Positions 11,287 to 23,071 of a DNA stretch of 64,000 nucleotides are shown here, piece after piece. Origin of the DNA: Octopus bimaculoides (taxonomy: Eukaryota). The position numbers and the translations under genes were made by a program. The notes below the pieces were generated by a model. The model worked only from the letters and a program-made list of their open reading frames with translations. It ran no database searches and was not told the origin of the DNA. Each line of letters begins with the position of its first letter. Position 1 is the first letter of the stretch. Location of the stretch: assembly GCF_001194135.2 (NCBI RefSeq), contig NC_068986.1, positions 34,763,906 to 34,827,905 on the forward strand, written 5' to 3'.

Positions 11287-14189
11287 ATTACATAATAGCG
11301 TTTTCCTAAAATATATAAAACATTATTTAATCAAAAATATATTTACGACAAAATAGGTTTTAAAAATACACGCAAAAAAATCGTAGCAAAATAAATATTT
11401 TGTATCATGCAAATGCTAAAAGGAGCTTCTGAATAGCTTGTGTGTGCGTGCGTGTGCGTGTGTGCGTGCGTGTGCGTGTGTGCATGCAAGCAGGTATATT
11501 TGCTTGCAAAGTGATTGATGCTTAGAATGACATGGAGATTTCTTCTCAAGGTGTTTGTTTTATTTTGCATGACACTTGTTGTATAAGATGACAAAAAAAT
11601 GTCACATTTACTAATAAGGGTTTTTATAGACAACTTATTACTCCAGGCATAGAAATATCTCCCAACAGGTTTTTTTTTTCTCTTCTTCTTCTTCTTTGCT
11701 GTAATTCTTGAGCAGTCAGTGTCTTCCTGTGTGTTTGTTTGTTTATTTATCATGCTCCTTAATTTTGTATGTGTTGTAACTGACGCGATTACGATTGTCC
11801 TACGGAAAAGAAAGATCGTGTGCGATACATATTGTTATAAATCTTTGTTCCTACATGGACTGCTGCTTGTTGATTTGTTCCATCAACAGATTTGGCGATT
11901 TAGAATGCATACACCGTTTATAACAATGGCAGTTTTGTTTATATCTTTAAATATTGTTATACACTGAAACATGCGTGTGTGTGTGTGTGTGTATATATGC
12001 CATGAACCTTCTTTGAGGATTGCCTCTGGGCATGAAGCTATCGCTAATGAGATGTGAAGTGACCTGGACTAATAACATACAAAATATATTTACACTGCTC
12101 ATGTATTGAGTTCTTTTCAACATTGCCATCAAAAATAACCCAGTTATTTCACATGTATGTATACATACATATACAGACATATGAAGTCATTACGTTGGTT
12201 ATATATATTCACTTTTTGAGGTGTTGTTTCACCAGAAAAAATGTTATTTATTTTTATTGAGAGTCAACTAGCATTAGACAGTAAGGTGGAGTGGTAGCGG
12301 TGGTGAAGGTGGGGGTCCTAGATTTAAAAAAAAATATATTGTGTGTGTGTGTGTGTGTATTTGTTGTAGGAGGAAGATTATTGCTTTCTTCAGGCTCTGC
12401 TTTAGAAACTTTTGGAATGCTAATAATATATATAATAAAAAAAAAAAAAATTAAAAAATAATATTGAGCAGGGGTGGGAGTGGTAAGGGTGGGGTAGGGT
12501 CTGTGGCTGATTACTGTTTTCTTTTTCTTTCCTCTCTGTATATCTGTATTTGTGAAAGAGAGAGAGAAAGCTTGTGTGTGTGTATGAGAGAGTGAGAAAG
12601 AGAGAGTGGGGGGAGAGAAAGAGAAACATTTGGATTGGCTGGCAGGCCTATAGCTGTCCTTCAAGCCACCTCTTAAGACCCATGTATGTTATGGTAGTTG
12701 ACTGGCTCAGTAAGACTAGAAGATATACAAAACTGTCAAGTGTCACCAGCAGCAATTGGCATGATATATTGCATAGGGCTGTCACCCCAGCTGTAGTAGA
12801 GGAGGAGAAGGAGGTGTTGACTTGGTGAAGGGGGTGGGGTGGGCCTCACGGTTATAGGGAAACCAGGGTGGAGTGGAGATTTTGGTGGGTAGTGGACGGG
12901 GTGGAATGAGCTCTGGCTAGCCAGCTCAACCTTCTCCACTTCCACCTTAACAGTCAAAACAATAATGGCTGGGCCCAGCTTTTTTACAACTAGCAAACTA
13001 GATTACTATACAGATTTATATAGCTGACTGGTAAGAGGACCCCTCTGTCACAGGCCCACATCACACAGGCCCACATATGCTAACCACTAGTTTTCAGAGA
13101 GGGTTTGGTCTTAAGGATTTTCCTTCTCTCTCTCTCTCTTTTTTTTTTTTTTCTGTTTGCAAATTCTTTCCCCCTCTTCTTTAGCATTATTTAACTTTAA
13201 AAAACTACTCCTGAAAGAAACACATGCCTGTAGATGATCACTTATTTATTCCAAACTTTATTTATAATTATCATTATTATTATTTCACATCACAATATAT
13301 GCTAATATCATTCATTCAGATAGGATTATTGCTTCTGAAATGCATTTGAATATTTTACACCCATGTGAGAAGCCTTTCCTACTTTTACCTGGAGTATTTT
13401 CTCCAACATTAGCCATGGTAAGCACAACATTCCATTTCTCAATGTTTTCATCATTATCATCACCATCATCGTCATTGTGATTATTCACCTGTTGGTAAAT
13501 CTGTCGGGCTACTATACAAAGCGGGCATGTTGTGGGTGTGATAGTTGTTAAACGTTGTTGTTGTTGTTGTAAATATTATCATCATCATCATCATCATCAT
13601 TATTATTATTATTATTATTATTATTTAACGGAATCATACTTTCTACATAATTTATTTTGTTACTTTTTGTTCATTTTTCTTAATATGCGTTCTCTCTTTT
13701 TTTAACAAACACCTTACCAAACTGTCGGTGGGGGGGGGGGGCTTTGTCTCCCTGTTCTTTGTAATCAAATCTTCTGTTGTTTTAAAACAGAATAAGAAAA
13801 GCGTATTAGTTTAAACCTGCTTTAAAAAAAAAACAAAAATGTTTTTAATCAAAGCAAAAACGAGTAACATACATTGTCAATTATTTGCATTTTACCTGCA
13901 AACTCCTTTAACAAATTAATTTTGGACACAACTACCCTAAATGGGACAGGGCTCTTTATATAGAATAATTATCAGAACATTTATATATTATAATGATATT
14001 GATAAATAATCACAATTAAATGCTGTTATTTTGTTATAGTGTACATATATATAGTTGGTGTTGACACTAGATTCTGGTATTTATTTTTCTAGTCCATAGA
14101 AAGTTGAAGAAACCTGAACAGTGCAATACTAAAAACATATATTCTGGTTTGTCATGAACTTCTATATTTTTGTAAAGTGGGGGGAGCGG

Positions 14190-15305
14190 TGTCTTGTAAG
14201 AAAAGCAATAATTTCCAACATAGGTATAAGGCCAGAAATCTGAAAGGTCAGGGTGGGTGGGGGATAATCGATTATAGCAACCCCAGGGCTTGACTGGTAT
14301 TTTATTTCTATTAAAGCAATGTCCCTCCCCGCCATGGCAACAAGCAAAGTTTACCTCAACCGGATTAAACGAGCTGAGGGACACACAAAGCATTTTTATC
14401 TAACAATCTTAACAGTTCAGCTAGCTTGCCACTTTGTTGTGTGTCTCTATTTTTATTTTAGACGTGAGACCAGTAGTTTTGAGGGGAGGGGGCCTAGTCT
14501 TAGCTGGTTATTTTCATATCATTGTCCCTGGAAAAGTGGAAAGCAAAATTAACCTTGACAGGATTTGAACTCAGAATGCTCTGAACTGGAACCAAATATC
14601 ACTGCATATTTTTTTCTTTTCCAATGTTCTACCAATTCTACTAATTCTACCAGATTACTGTTCTTATGATAATTTTTTCTAATTAAGACACAAGGCCAGC
14701 AATTTTGAGGGTAAGGGAAAAGGGGCTAGGTGCAATTCAAATTAACTCCACTCCATGACACACCCTGTGCTTGTCTGGTGCTTTGTTTAATCTACTTTGA
14801 AAGAATTAACTACAAAGTTGACCACAGCAAGATTTGAACTTGCAACATAGAAAATCAAAGAGAAGTGCTGTAAGGGCTCTCTTTAAATCCACTGCCCTCA
14901 TAATAATACTTTCTACTATAGGCACAAGGTGTGAAATTTTGGCGAAGGGGGTGAGTTGATCACATTAACCCCTGTGCTCGTTGACCCCCAAAAGAACAAA
15001 AGACAAAGATAGGCTGCTAAGCATTTTGTCCAGCATGCCAACAATTCTATCAGCTCAGTACCTTAATAATAATAATAATAATAATAATATTAATAATAAT
15101 TTCAAATTTTGCCACAAGGGCAGCAATTTGAGGGAGGGGATGAGTCAATGACATCGACCCCAGTTGGTACTTATTTTGTCAACCCCGAAGGGATGAAAGG
15201 CAAAGTTGACCTCGGCAGAATTTGAACTCAAAACTTAAAGATAGACAAAATACTGCCAAGCATTTTGCCCAGCATGCTAACAATTCTGCCAACTCACCAC
15301 CTCAA
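14190..15305 (-). mobile_element. Cluster of about five SINE B copies, all minus strand
   Basis: Repeated rc cores near 14250, 14560, 14800, 14960 and 15110-15300 (e.g. GATGAAAGGCAAAGTTGACCTCGGCAGAATTTGAACTCA), partly separated by (AAT)n. Confidence 0.8.
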
Positions 15306-15934
15306 TAATAATAACAACAACAACAGCAGCAGCAGCAGCAGCAACAACAACAACTACAACAACAACAACAACAATATGAGTAGTGCTGCTTTTGGGGGGG
15401 GGGGTTTGCCTGTCTCTCTACTTCCTGAATTTAAATTCCCTTGGCATTGATTTTTACTTTCATTTCCCCTGAGTTGATACAATAAGTACCAGTGGTGTAC
15501 TGGGATTGAATCAATCAACTGCAGCTGTCCCTTCCAAATTTCTAGCTCCTATTGTAAATAAATGATTATTAACAGACTCGTTAGAGCATGGAATAATAAA
15601 AATTGCTTGCCCTATTTGTTGCAGTACTTCACATTCTGGCTTGAAATCCCACTGTCTGGCACCAATACATAACAAATATTATATGTATATGTGTATAGAA
15701 TTTAAAAGTATAAAAGAAAATTTAATTAATATCATTATATAAGTTGGGTAAAAGCAGTCGTGCGACAGTCAGAATGCATTGCAATGTTTAGTTATGTCCC
15801 TTTATGTTATGTGTGCAAATCCCGCGTTTGTAGCTGTTTTTTGACTTTCATCCATGCTGGATTGACGCAATAGTAAAGCGCACTGGGGGTTGATATAATT
15901 AACTTTCCCTCGGGTCGATTAAATTATGTACAAG

Positions 15935-16345
15935 TTAAGTATAGTAGACCGATGGCTGGTCTGTTGGAAACCTGTAAGTAATATCATTGTTGTTCACAAC
16001 TTGCTGTATGAAATCAACATAGGATTTAATACAACCAACGACATAGTTTTTCTCCCGCTCAAAGTCTGCTTGTAGTATTGTGTCTTTAAAGCAAGTTTTT
16101 ATTATCTTGTTCTCGTAATGCTTTTCATTGCACATGGTCCTTAACATGACTTCTTCTTGTCTGAATTTCAACAACGTCTTTTGTTTTTGTTGTTTCGCAC
16201 CCCGTGTCAGCTTTGATACGTAGCTTAATCGGAAAAATGCCTTGGTATGTTCAGCAAATCCTTTGTTTGAGGAGCATACTGCGTATCTTGACATGCAGTA
16301 GTTTACCCTACGGAAGAGGACTCTATGACAGTCTGGATATGTCAG
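15935..16345 (-). pseudogene. CpG-rich 136-codon stop-free frame; possible Penelope-like RT C-terminal (thumb/linker) region
   Basis: The frame extends upstream of the track ATG to give LTYPDCHRVLFRRVNYCMSRYAVCSSNKGF...KNYVVGCIKSYVDFIQQVVNNNDITYRFPT. It loosely parallels recalled PLE motifs LxYxSCHP...RICS...YVxLPYIKGxSExIxRxLxxHNIxxxFKP. Similarity judged by eye only. Confidence 0.4.
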
Positions 16346-16400
16346 TCAAGGCACGACAATTCCGCTGTTCTGTTTCTTCTTATTTTATTGGTTGTGTTAA

Positions 16401-16610
16401 AGGTGGCAAGCTGACAGAACTCTATTAACATGTCAGTATTTCTTCTTGCTCTTTATGTTCTGAGTTCAAATTCTGGCAAGGGCTGGCTTTGCTTCTCATT
16501 TTCACAGGGTTGATAAAATAAGTACCAGTTGAGCACTGGGGTCAGTTTAATCGACCAGTCCCCTCCCTGCAAAATTTCAGGCTTTGTGCTTATAGTAGAA
16601 AGAATTACCA
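16401..16610 (+). mobile_element. SINE family B
   Basis: AGGTGGCAAGCTGACAGAA...GTTGATAAAATAAGTACCAGTTGAGCACTGGGGTC...CAGGCTTTGTGCTTATAGTAGAAAG. Confidence 0.9.
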
Positions 16611-16619
16611 CTCATAGTA

Positions 16620-17560
16620 TACATTCCAGCACAAGTTAATAAAGTTATTGATGCTTGAAATATTTTTATGTGTGTATGGTGTTTTTAGATTGTCGTGATC
16701 AAGTCAGAAGAACCCCTCCCACTTATTGTTGTGTGTTGTGCAATTCCCTGTCGGCTCTGATTGAACCATTCACGTTCTATGGCACCCGGGTAGTTGGCCA
16801 AATGACGAGACCTGACCCCCAACAACTTTTGTTTCAGTTATGGTATATTTACATGTACGTGCAGGTTTTACCGTTACTGAGGTTAGTGGAAAAGATGCTG
16901 TTGTAGTAGTGTTGTGAGGTATTGTGAACATGTCTGGGTATTTGGATGTGATTATGTAATTTGTTTCCCCCCCTGTAGTGACTAGAGACCATGAAGGTTA
17001 AGGTGTGTTATAGCAACAGCACCAAACTGTGCTCTTCACATATCCACATCTTTAGTTTTGGGTTTTGTTGTGTGTGTAGATGGTCTATGGGTGTTGTCTG
17101 AATACAATCTGTGATGATATATAGTGTGTTGTTTTATATTATCATTATTATTCATTATGTTTTTAAGGAGTCTGGCAATGTTGGTATACATGTCTATAAT
17201 AAATTTCATGTGTTGCACGTGCACCATTGTTGTTGTTACTTTGTTGGCCAAAAAAATGTGTCTCTGATTGTAGTATGTATGATTATGCATTGTTTTTCCT
17301 GTTTTCTATATCTTCTGTTGTTGAAAGTCATTGCTGGTTTATAATTTGATGTTCTGTTGTCGATTGAGAAGTAAATATGGTAGGTGCCACTTTGCCTGTT
17401 GTTTTGGAATCAGGCTTCTAGCTTGTCAGTGTAGTATTTGGCAGTGTTGTGCAGCTAATTGTGTCTAGAGAACAGTGGAGTATTGTGAATAGAATATCAC
17501 CTGCATGTGAAACTGTAGGTATATTTTAAGAAGGTATGGGGAAATCGCATAGGTTTGTAT
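16620..17560 (-). pseudogene. Decayed A/C-rich coding-like stretch, possibly a retroelement RT core
   Basis: Strong strand skew (G/T-rich on plus). Minus-strand fragments KFIIDMYTNI, KQHT and KYPDMFTIPH loosely recall PLE RT motifs (DxxSLYTNI, RYxDDIF), broken by many stops and frameshifts. Confidence 0.25.
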
Positions 17561-17844
17561 TGAAAAAATATGGCTAAGATGATGAATCCTTCTACCATTT
17601 CAAAAAAGAAAAAGGGTTTTATGTCAAAAAGGGTTTTATGTCATATTCTGTAGTGTTGTAGTGTTTGAGAAGTGTTGTAGCAGTGTTGTTATACTCAAGA
17701 AGGACAAAATACAAACGTCAACTTTGCTTTTTGTCATTCCAGAGTCAGGAAAATAAGCATCAATCAAGTACTGAGGTTGATATGATAGAATATATATTCT
17801 TCCTTTAAAATTCGAGGCCTTGTTTGTTACTATTATTGTATCAA

Positions 17845-18065
17845 GGTGGCAAGCTCACAGAATTGTTTGCATGCTGGGGGAAAATGTTTAGTGGTATTTT
17901 GTCCGTCTTTGTGTTCTGAGTTCAAATTCCACGAACATTGACTTTACTTTTCATCCTTTTGGGTCAGTAAATTAAGTACCAGTGAAACACTGGGGTCAAT
18001 ATAATTGACTAGTCCCATCCCCCAAAATCTCAGGCCTTGTGCATTTAGTAGAAAAGATTATTGTT

Positions 18066-18118
<53 letters not shown>

Positions 18119-18170
18119 TATTATTATTGTTATTATTATTATTATTATTATTGTTGTTATTATTATTGTT
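17845..18170 (+). mobile_element. SINE family B with long (CAT)n/(ATT)n tail
   Basis: Full B body 17845-18060 followed by a compound trinucleotide tract. Confidence 0.9.
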
Positions 18171-18455
18171 GAGTGAGAGGGCAGTGCATGACATCAAAGT
18201 GACACTGGAGTAAAATATACGAAGCCCAGTATACCCATCATGACTACCCGTCTGATAAGGGTACACCAGGCACGTGCATCACAACCATATGTGCACAACA
18301 AGATAAAAAGCACATGACCTTATAGGTGGAGCCCAGTTAGAATTTTCTTCAGGTCGAGTAGCCCATGCTGCTCAAAAGGTCCCTGAATAAGGCTTGTTTA
18401 AGGATGTTGAATGAAACACCCATGCTTCCAGAGATGAATTATCCAAACCCCAACA
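18170..18455 (-). mobile_element. Family G, LINE-like 3' end fragment
   Basis: Highly similar to 19378-19680 (GAGAG.GCAGTGCATG.CATCAAAGTGA...CTGATAAGGGTACACCAGGCAC...AAAAGGTCCCTGAAT). The sense strand ends in (AAT)n. Confidence 0.8.
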
Positions 18456-18729
18456 CCACTGTTAAGTTCTTACATGTGTTTAACAGAGGATCATAAATGT
18501 ATAGTAAAGGGGTAGATTAACTTGAATTGACATGTTTGGTACTTCCTTCACCAGGATACCCTTCTCTCTTCCTTGAATGCAAGACAGAGTCAACTCATGA
18601 GAGACTTGAACCTAGAACATTGGCACGATTATATACGGAATGCTTTGAGGTACTTAGTCTGTCACTTACCCTATTCTAATTGTATAGTAATTATAAATTC
18701 TAACGTTGATAAGAAGTCACACATTTTTG

Positions 18730-18900
18730 GGGAGGAGTGTAGTCAGTTTTAATTAACTGTAGTACTAAATGCTGTCTGTTTTATTGACTAAAGCAGGAAT
18801 GAAAGGTACAGTGGAACTCCTTCAGAATTTGAACTCAGAGCTAAAGGAATGTAACCAAATACCTCCAGACATTTTATTCAACACTGTTGATTCTGCCATG
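18730..18900 (-). mobile_element. SINE family B, degenerate
   Basis: rc core GGAATGAAAGG...CAGAATTTGAACTCAGAG...GATTCTGCCA. Confidence 0.7.
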
Positions 18901-19377
18901 ATGATGGTAATGATAATAATAATAATAATAATAAGTAACACTTTCTTATGTAGTCTTAAAATTTAAGATTCCTACAAGCAGAGAGATGAGAAGTGTAAGA
19001 ATATTACGTATGGCGTTAAGCAAAGCCAAGTGAGAACTGGAACTTGCAACTGGCTTAATGGGATATTTTGGCTACCGCAACAAACTCCACAGCAATGCAG
19101 ATTTGGTGTAAACATCCTTCAAAAGACATTGCTGTATACACAAATGTATGCACACACAGATACACACATGCAAAGTGCACTTGTTGCTGCACATAAATTT
19201 TGCATAAAACTGTTGGAAAGCATAATAAATATTATTATTTCACAGAGGTTGACTTCGCTTTTCATCATTTCTGGGTCTTGAAAATAAGTACCAGTTGAGG
19301 ACTGGGGTAGATATAATCAACTGGTACCCTCCCCAGAGTATCAAGTCTTGTGCCTATTATTTTTATTATTATTATTA

Positions 19378-19830
19378 TTGAATGAGAGAGCAGTGCATGT
19401 CATCAAAGTGATACTAGGATACAAATATACAAAGCCCAATATACCCATCATGACCACCCATCTGATAAGGGTACACCAGGCACAGGCATCACAACCATTT
19501 GTGCGTGACATGGTGCTCTCATATCAAGATAAACAGTGCATGACCTTGCTGGTGGGGGCCTATTAGAATTTTCTTCAGGTTGAGTAGCCCATCTCACTCA
19601 AAAGGTCCCTGAATGAGGGTTGTTTAAGGATGTTGAGCAAAACACCCATGTTTCCTGAGGTGAATTATCCAAACCCAAAGAATTCCTCTCAACACATGGC
19701 TATGATGCTCCCCCACTACTTCTGCTCATGATCAGAGATACATATATCGTCAGCCACCAAGGGACATGCTCAACTGGTTACGGTCAAGCGACTGACAAGC
19801 AAATCTGTGGCATGTAGCAGAATATTTGTT
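19378..19830 (-). mobile_element. Family G, longer copy
   Basis: Second copy of the 18170 element, extending about 150 bp further 5'. It begins in the (ATT)n tail of a partial SINE B (19200-19360). Confidence 0.8.
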
Positions 19831-19849
19831 GTTATAATTATTTCATCAT

Positions 19850-20390
19850 TATAGTCAACTTTGTCATCCTTTCAGGGTCAACAAAATAGGTACCAGTTAA
19901 GCACTGGGGCTTGATGTAATTGACTGACCCCCTCCTGCAAAATTTCAGGCCTTGTGCCTATAGTAGAAAGGATTATTATTATTATTATTGGCAGAATTGT
20001 TAGCATGTCAGATAAAATGCTTACAGCATTTCATCTATCTTCATGTTCTGAGTTCAAATTCTGAAGTACCAGTTGAACACTGGGGTCAATGTAATTGACC
20101 TATCCCCTGCCCCGAAACTGTGCCAAAATTTGAAACCATCATTATTATTATTGTTATTACAGTGAGTTGGTAGAATCATTTGAGCATTGCAGAAAATACC
20201 TTGCTGGATCTTTTCTGATTCTTTGTGTTTGAGTTCAAGTCATACTGAAGTCAGTTTTCCCCATCGTCCTTTCATGGTCGATAACATAAAGTACTAGCTA
20301 AAGTATTTTGCCGGCGGGGGTCAATTACATTGACTGAGCTTCTTCTCTGGAAATTACAGGCCTTGTGACTTAGATACCAACACACGAATT
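19850..20390 (+). mobile_element. Tandem array of three SINE B copies
   Basis: Units at about 19850-19980, 19988-20140 and 20160-20390, joined by (ATT)n. Confidence 0.85.
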
Positions 20391-22764
20391 TTTGAAGGAA
20401 AGTAGAAGTGATTAAATTAATTCTGAATGTGATTAATTATATTAATTATATTAATCATTGCCTTAATATAATAATGATACTTAACGAGCAAAAACCTTTT
20501 CAGAATTTATTAACTTCACCAGTGTTTTCTTCTCTCCCTCTCAGTGTACATAACATTTCTTTTTCTCCGTATTTCTCTATCTCATTTGACATCTGCAGAA
20601 GGCAGTATTCCAGCTTGGTCGTGATCCAGTAACTGAAATCGTTGAAAAGAATGTACATATCCATACCTAACTTCCTTTTACTTTTGACTATCACTTATTT
20701 AATTCTTACCCTTCTGTATACTCTTTCCATTGTTCTGCCACTCTTCTATCATGCTTCTTTAAAACGGCCATATAATACTTCTGAATTAGTAATTATCACA
20801 AAATTGTCCAGATGTTCTTCTCATTCTAAAATTTAGGCAAGAAAAGCCAAATATCTGAATTTTATAGGATTTCTCTATCCTAAGTATGAAAATGGCTTCT
20901 GTTTGCTCTGATAATAATTATGGTAACGATGATGATTTCTTAATTAAAGAATACTGCCTCAAGCAAGTAGAATTAAGTGAAACACAAATTGTGGGGCTGA
21001 TTGCATCACTTGTAAGAGGATATAAATTCATTGTTTTGGAGAACCCAGAAGCTAGAAGTCTTAGGCTGTTCGGACCTTATTCACTTCATTTATTGAGTGC
21101 TAATAATATTTATTGATGCATTCTTAGTTATAGTTGTATATATCCAATTGAAACAAACTTAGTATATTACTGGTATTCAGTCTTATTGAACTGGATGGTA
21201 GAAATGATTGTCTGTTTGATTTTGTTAGCATGTTAGTAATTAAAAGAAGACAACTGTGATTGTACTATAATTGCTGACACCTGTTGCAAGCCAATAAAGG
21301 CAGGGACCAGGTATCTCATGGTCCTTCAGGTCACACTCTTATTGTCATAGTGAGGAAGATGTATGTATCTAGGATGACATAGTTCAGTATAAAATGATGG
21401 GATGGTCATGGCTGATATACATTTGCTCACAAGCCCCAGTTTGGTCAGGTACTAAACTACAGCAATTACAACTATATGGGTCTCTGTGTATGTGTGTGTG
21501 CACATGTAGCTGGTCCAGTGACCTGCTACACTGGTGTTTCCATAACATTTAGCTGCCACTCAGGCAAATCAGACTGGGTGAAAAACACATTACACTACTC
21601 TAATATCTGTACACATTTTTTTTTTAATTTCCATAAAAAAAAATATTTCTATCTCCGGGTTTGACTTGTCCGAAGATGCTGACTTGTTTGCATGTCATGG
21701 GAACTGCAGAGTTGAAATGCTGTAACTTGCAATGCTGGCTCTGTATTCTATAGAACATTGCACTGCTGACACAAAAAGCAAGGCACAATATTGACTTGTA
21801 AACCTTTAGTAGTAAACTTGGTATATATTATGATTGCAAAACAAAATAGTGTGTACTTACTACCAATTAATGCACACACACACACACACACACCTTGACC
21901 ATATGTCTAAGTATTTTAGCTGACCATTTTCTATGCCAGCCCACCCGGAGAGAATGCACAATGGGGATGTGTATGTACTTGGGGGTTGGGGTGGAGGTTC
22001 CATATAGTTTGCATGTCCCAAATTTTACTCAAAAGGCATTGGTTGAGGTAAACCTAATATTATAGAAGAAAATATCCAAGGTGCCATATTGTAGGCCTGG
22101 GCCCAAAACTATGTGACTGCAATGCAAACTTGTTCCTTAAATCACACTCAGCAGCATATTAACTTAAAGAAAGTTAAGCTGTTATTTCTAGCACATCAGC
22201 TGACCACATGTAGACTTCCTCTTGTTGGCCCAAGTTGATGTAAGTGTTGGCACATGGCTCTGACCAGGAACTGAAACTGTATCACAGTCTCATCTCAGAG
22301 AAAACTTGTTCATATAGTGCTAGCTAGCAGTTTTTGGTGATGCTGATGATGATGTTAGCAAATACTATAAGTCTCAGCTTTAGAAGTAATATTTCAGGAC
22401 AATTAAATCTTAATTGGCATTAAATTCCTCTCAGTTTTATTTAAGAGTTTGTATATATACTTGGCAGTAAGGCTTGCTCCTCTCTTGCAGAAATTTTGCC
22501 AACCCTTGTGTTTTTATTACATTCTGAGCCTTTAATCTCCCTAAAAATCTCTTAACTTGTGTTACTCATTATTTAAATCTTATTCTTTTATTTATTGTTA
22601 TCGGAAATATCATTATCAATAGTAGTTAGTGATGATGGTGGTGGTGGTGGCGGCAACAGCGGTGGTAGTGGTGGTGGTGGCGGTAGTAGTAGTAAAATAT
22701 GACAGACACAGTAGACCACCAAACAAAAATGCTTTCTGCAGTGTTTTTTAATTATTTACTTCTA

Positions 22765-22940
22765 GGAGGCTGTGAGCTGACAGAATAGTTAGTGTGTTGG
22801 ACAAAAGTGCTAGCGATGTTACTTCTGGATCTCTATATTCTGGGTTCAAATCCTGCTGAGGTCAACTTTACATTTCACCCTTTTTGGGACTGATAAAATA
22901 AGTACCAGTCAAGTACTAGGGGATCGATATAATTGCCTTA
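22765..22940 (+). mobile_element. SINE family B, 3'-truncated
   Basis: GAGCTGACAGAAT...GGGTTCAAATCCTGCTGAGGTCAACTTT...GATAAAATAAGTACCAGTC. Confidence 0.85.
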
Positions 22941-22952
22941 CTATGCACACGT

Positions 22953-23030
22953 GGAGGTGCAATGGCCCAGTGGTTAGGGCAGCGGACTCGCGGTCATAGG
23001 ATCGCAGTTTCGATTCCCAGACCGGGCGTT
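22953..23030 (+). mobile_element. Isolated tRNA-like head of SINE family F (tRNA-Arg-like)
   Basis: A box TGGCCCAGTGG and B box GTTTCGATTCC. Nearly identical to the head of the full copy at 60690. Acceptor and anticodon stems do not pair. Confidence 0.85.
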
Positions 23031-23036
23031 AACACC

Positions 23037-23071
<35 letters not shown>

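Noticed and set aside
20886-21116. 76-aa ORF that looks globular (DDDFLIKEYCLKQVEL...)
   Set aside because: Its middle aligns by eye with a degenerate SINE B core, and it has no convincing splice signals or recognisable domain.
22953-23030. Functional tRNA gene
   Set aside because: Acceptor and anticodon stems do not pair, and the sequence is the head of SINE family F (60690).
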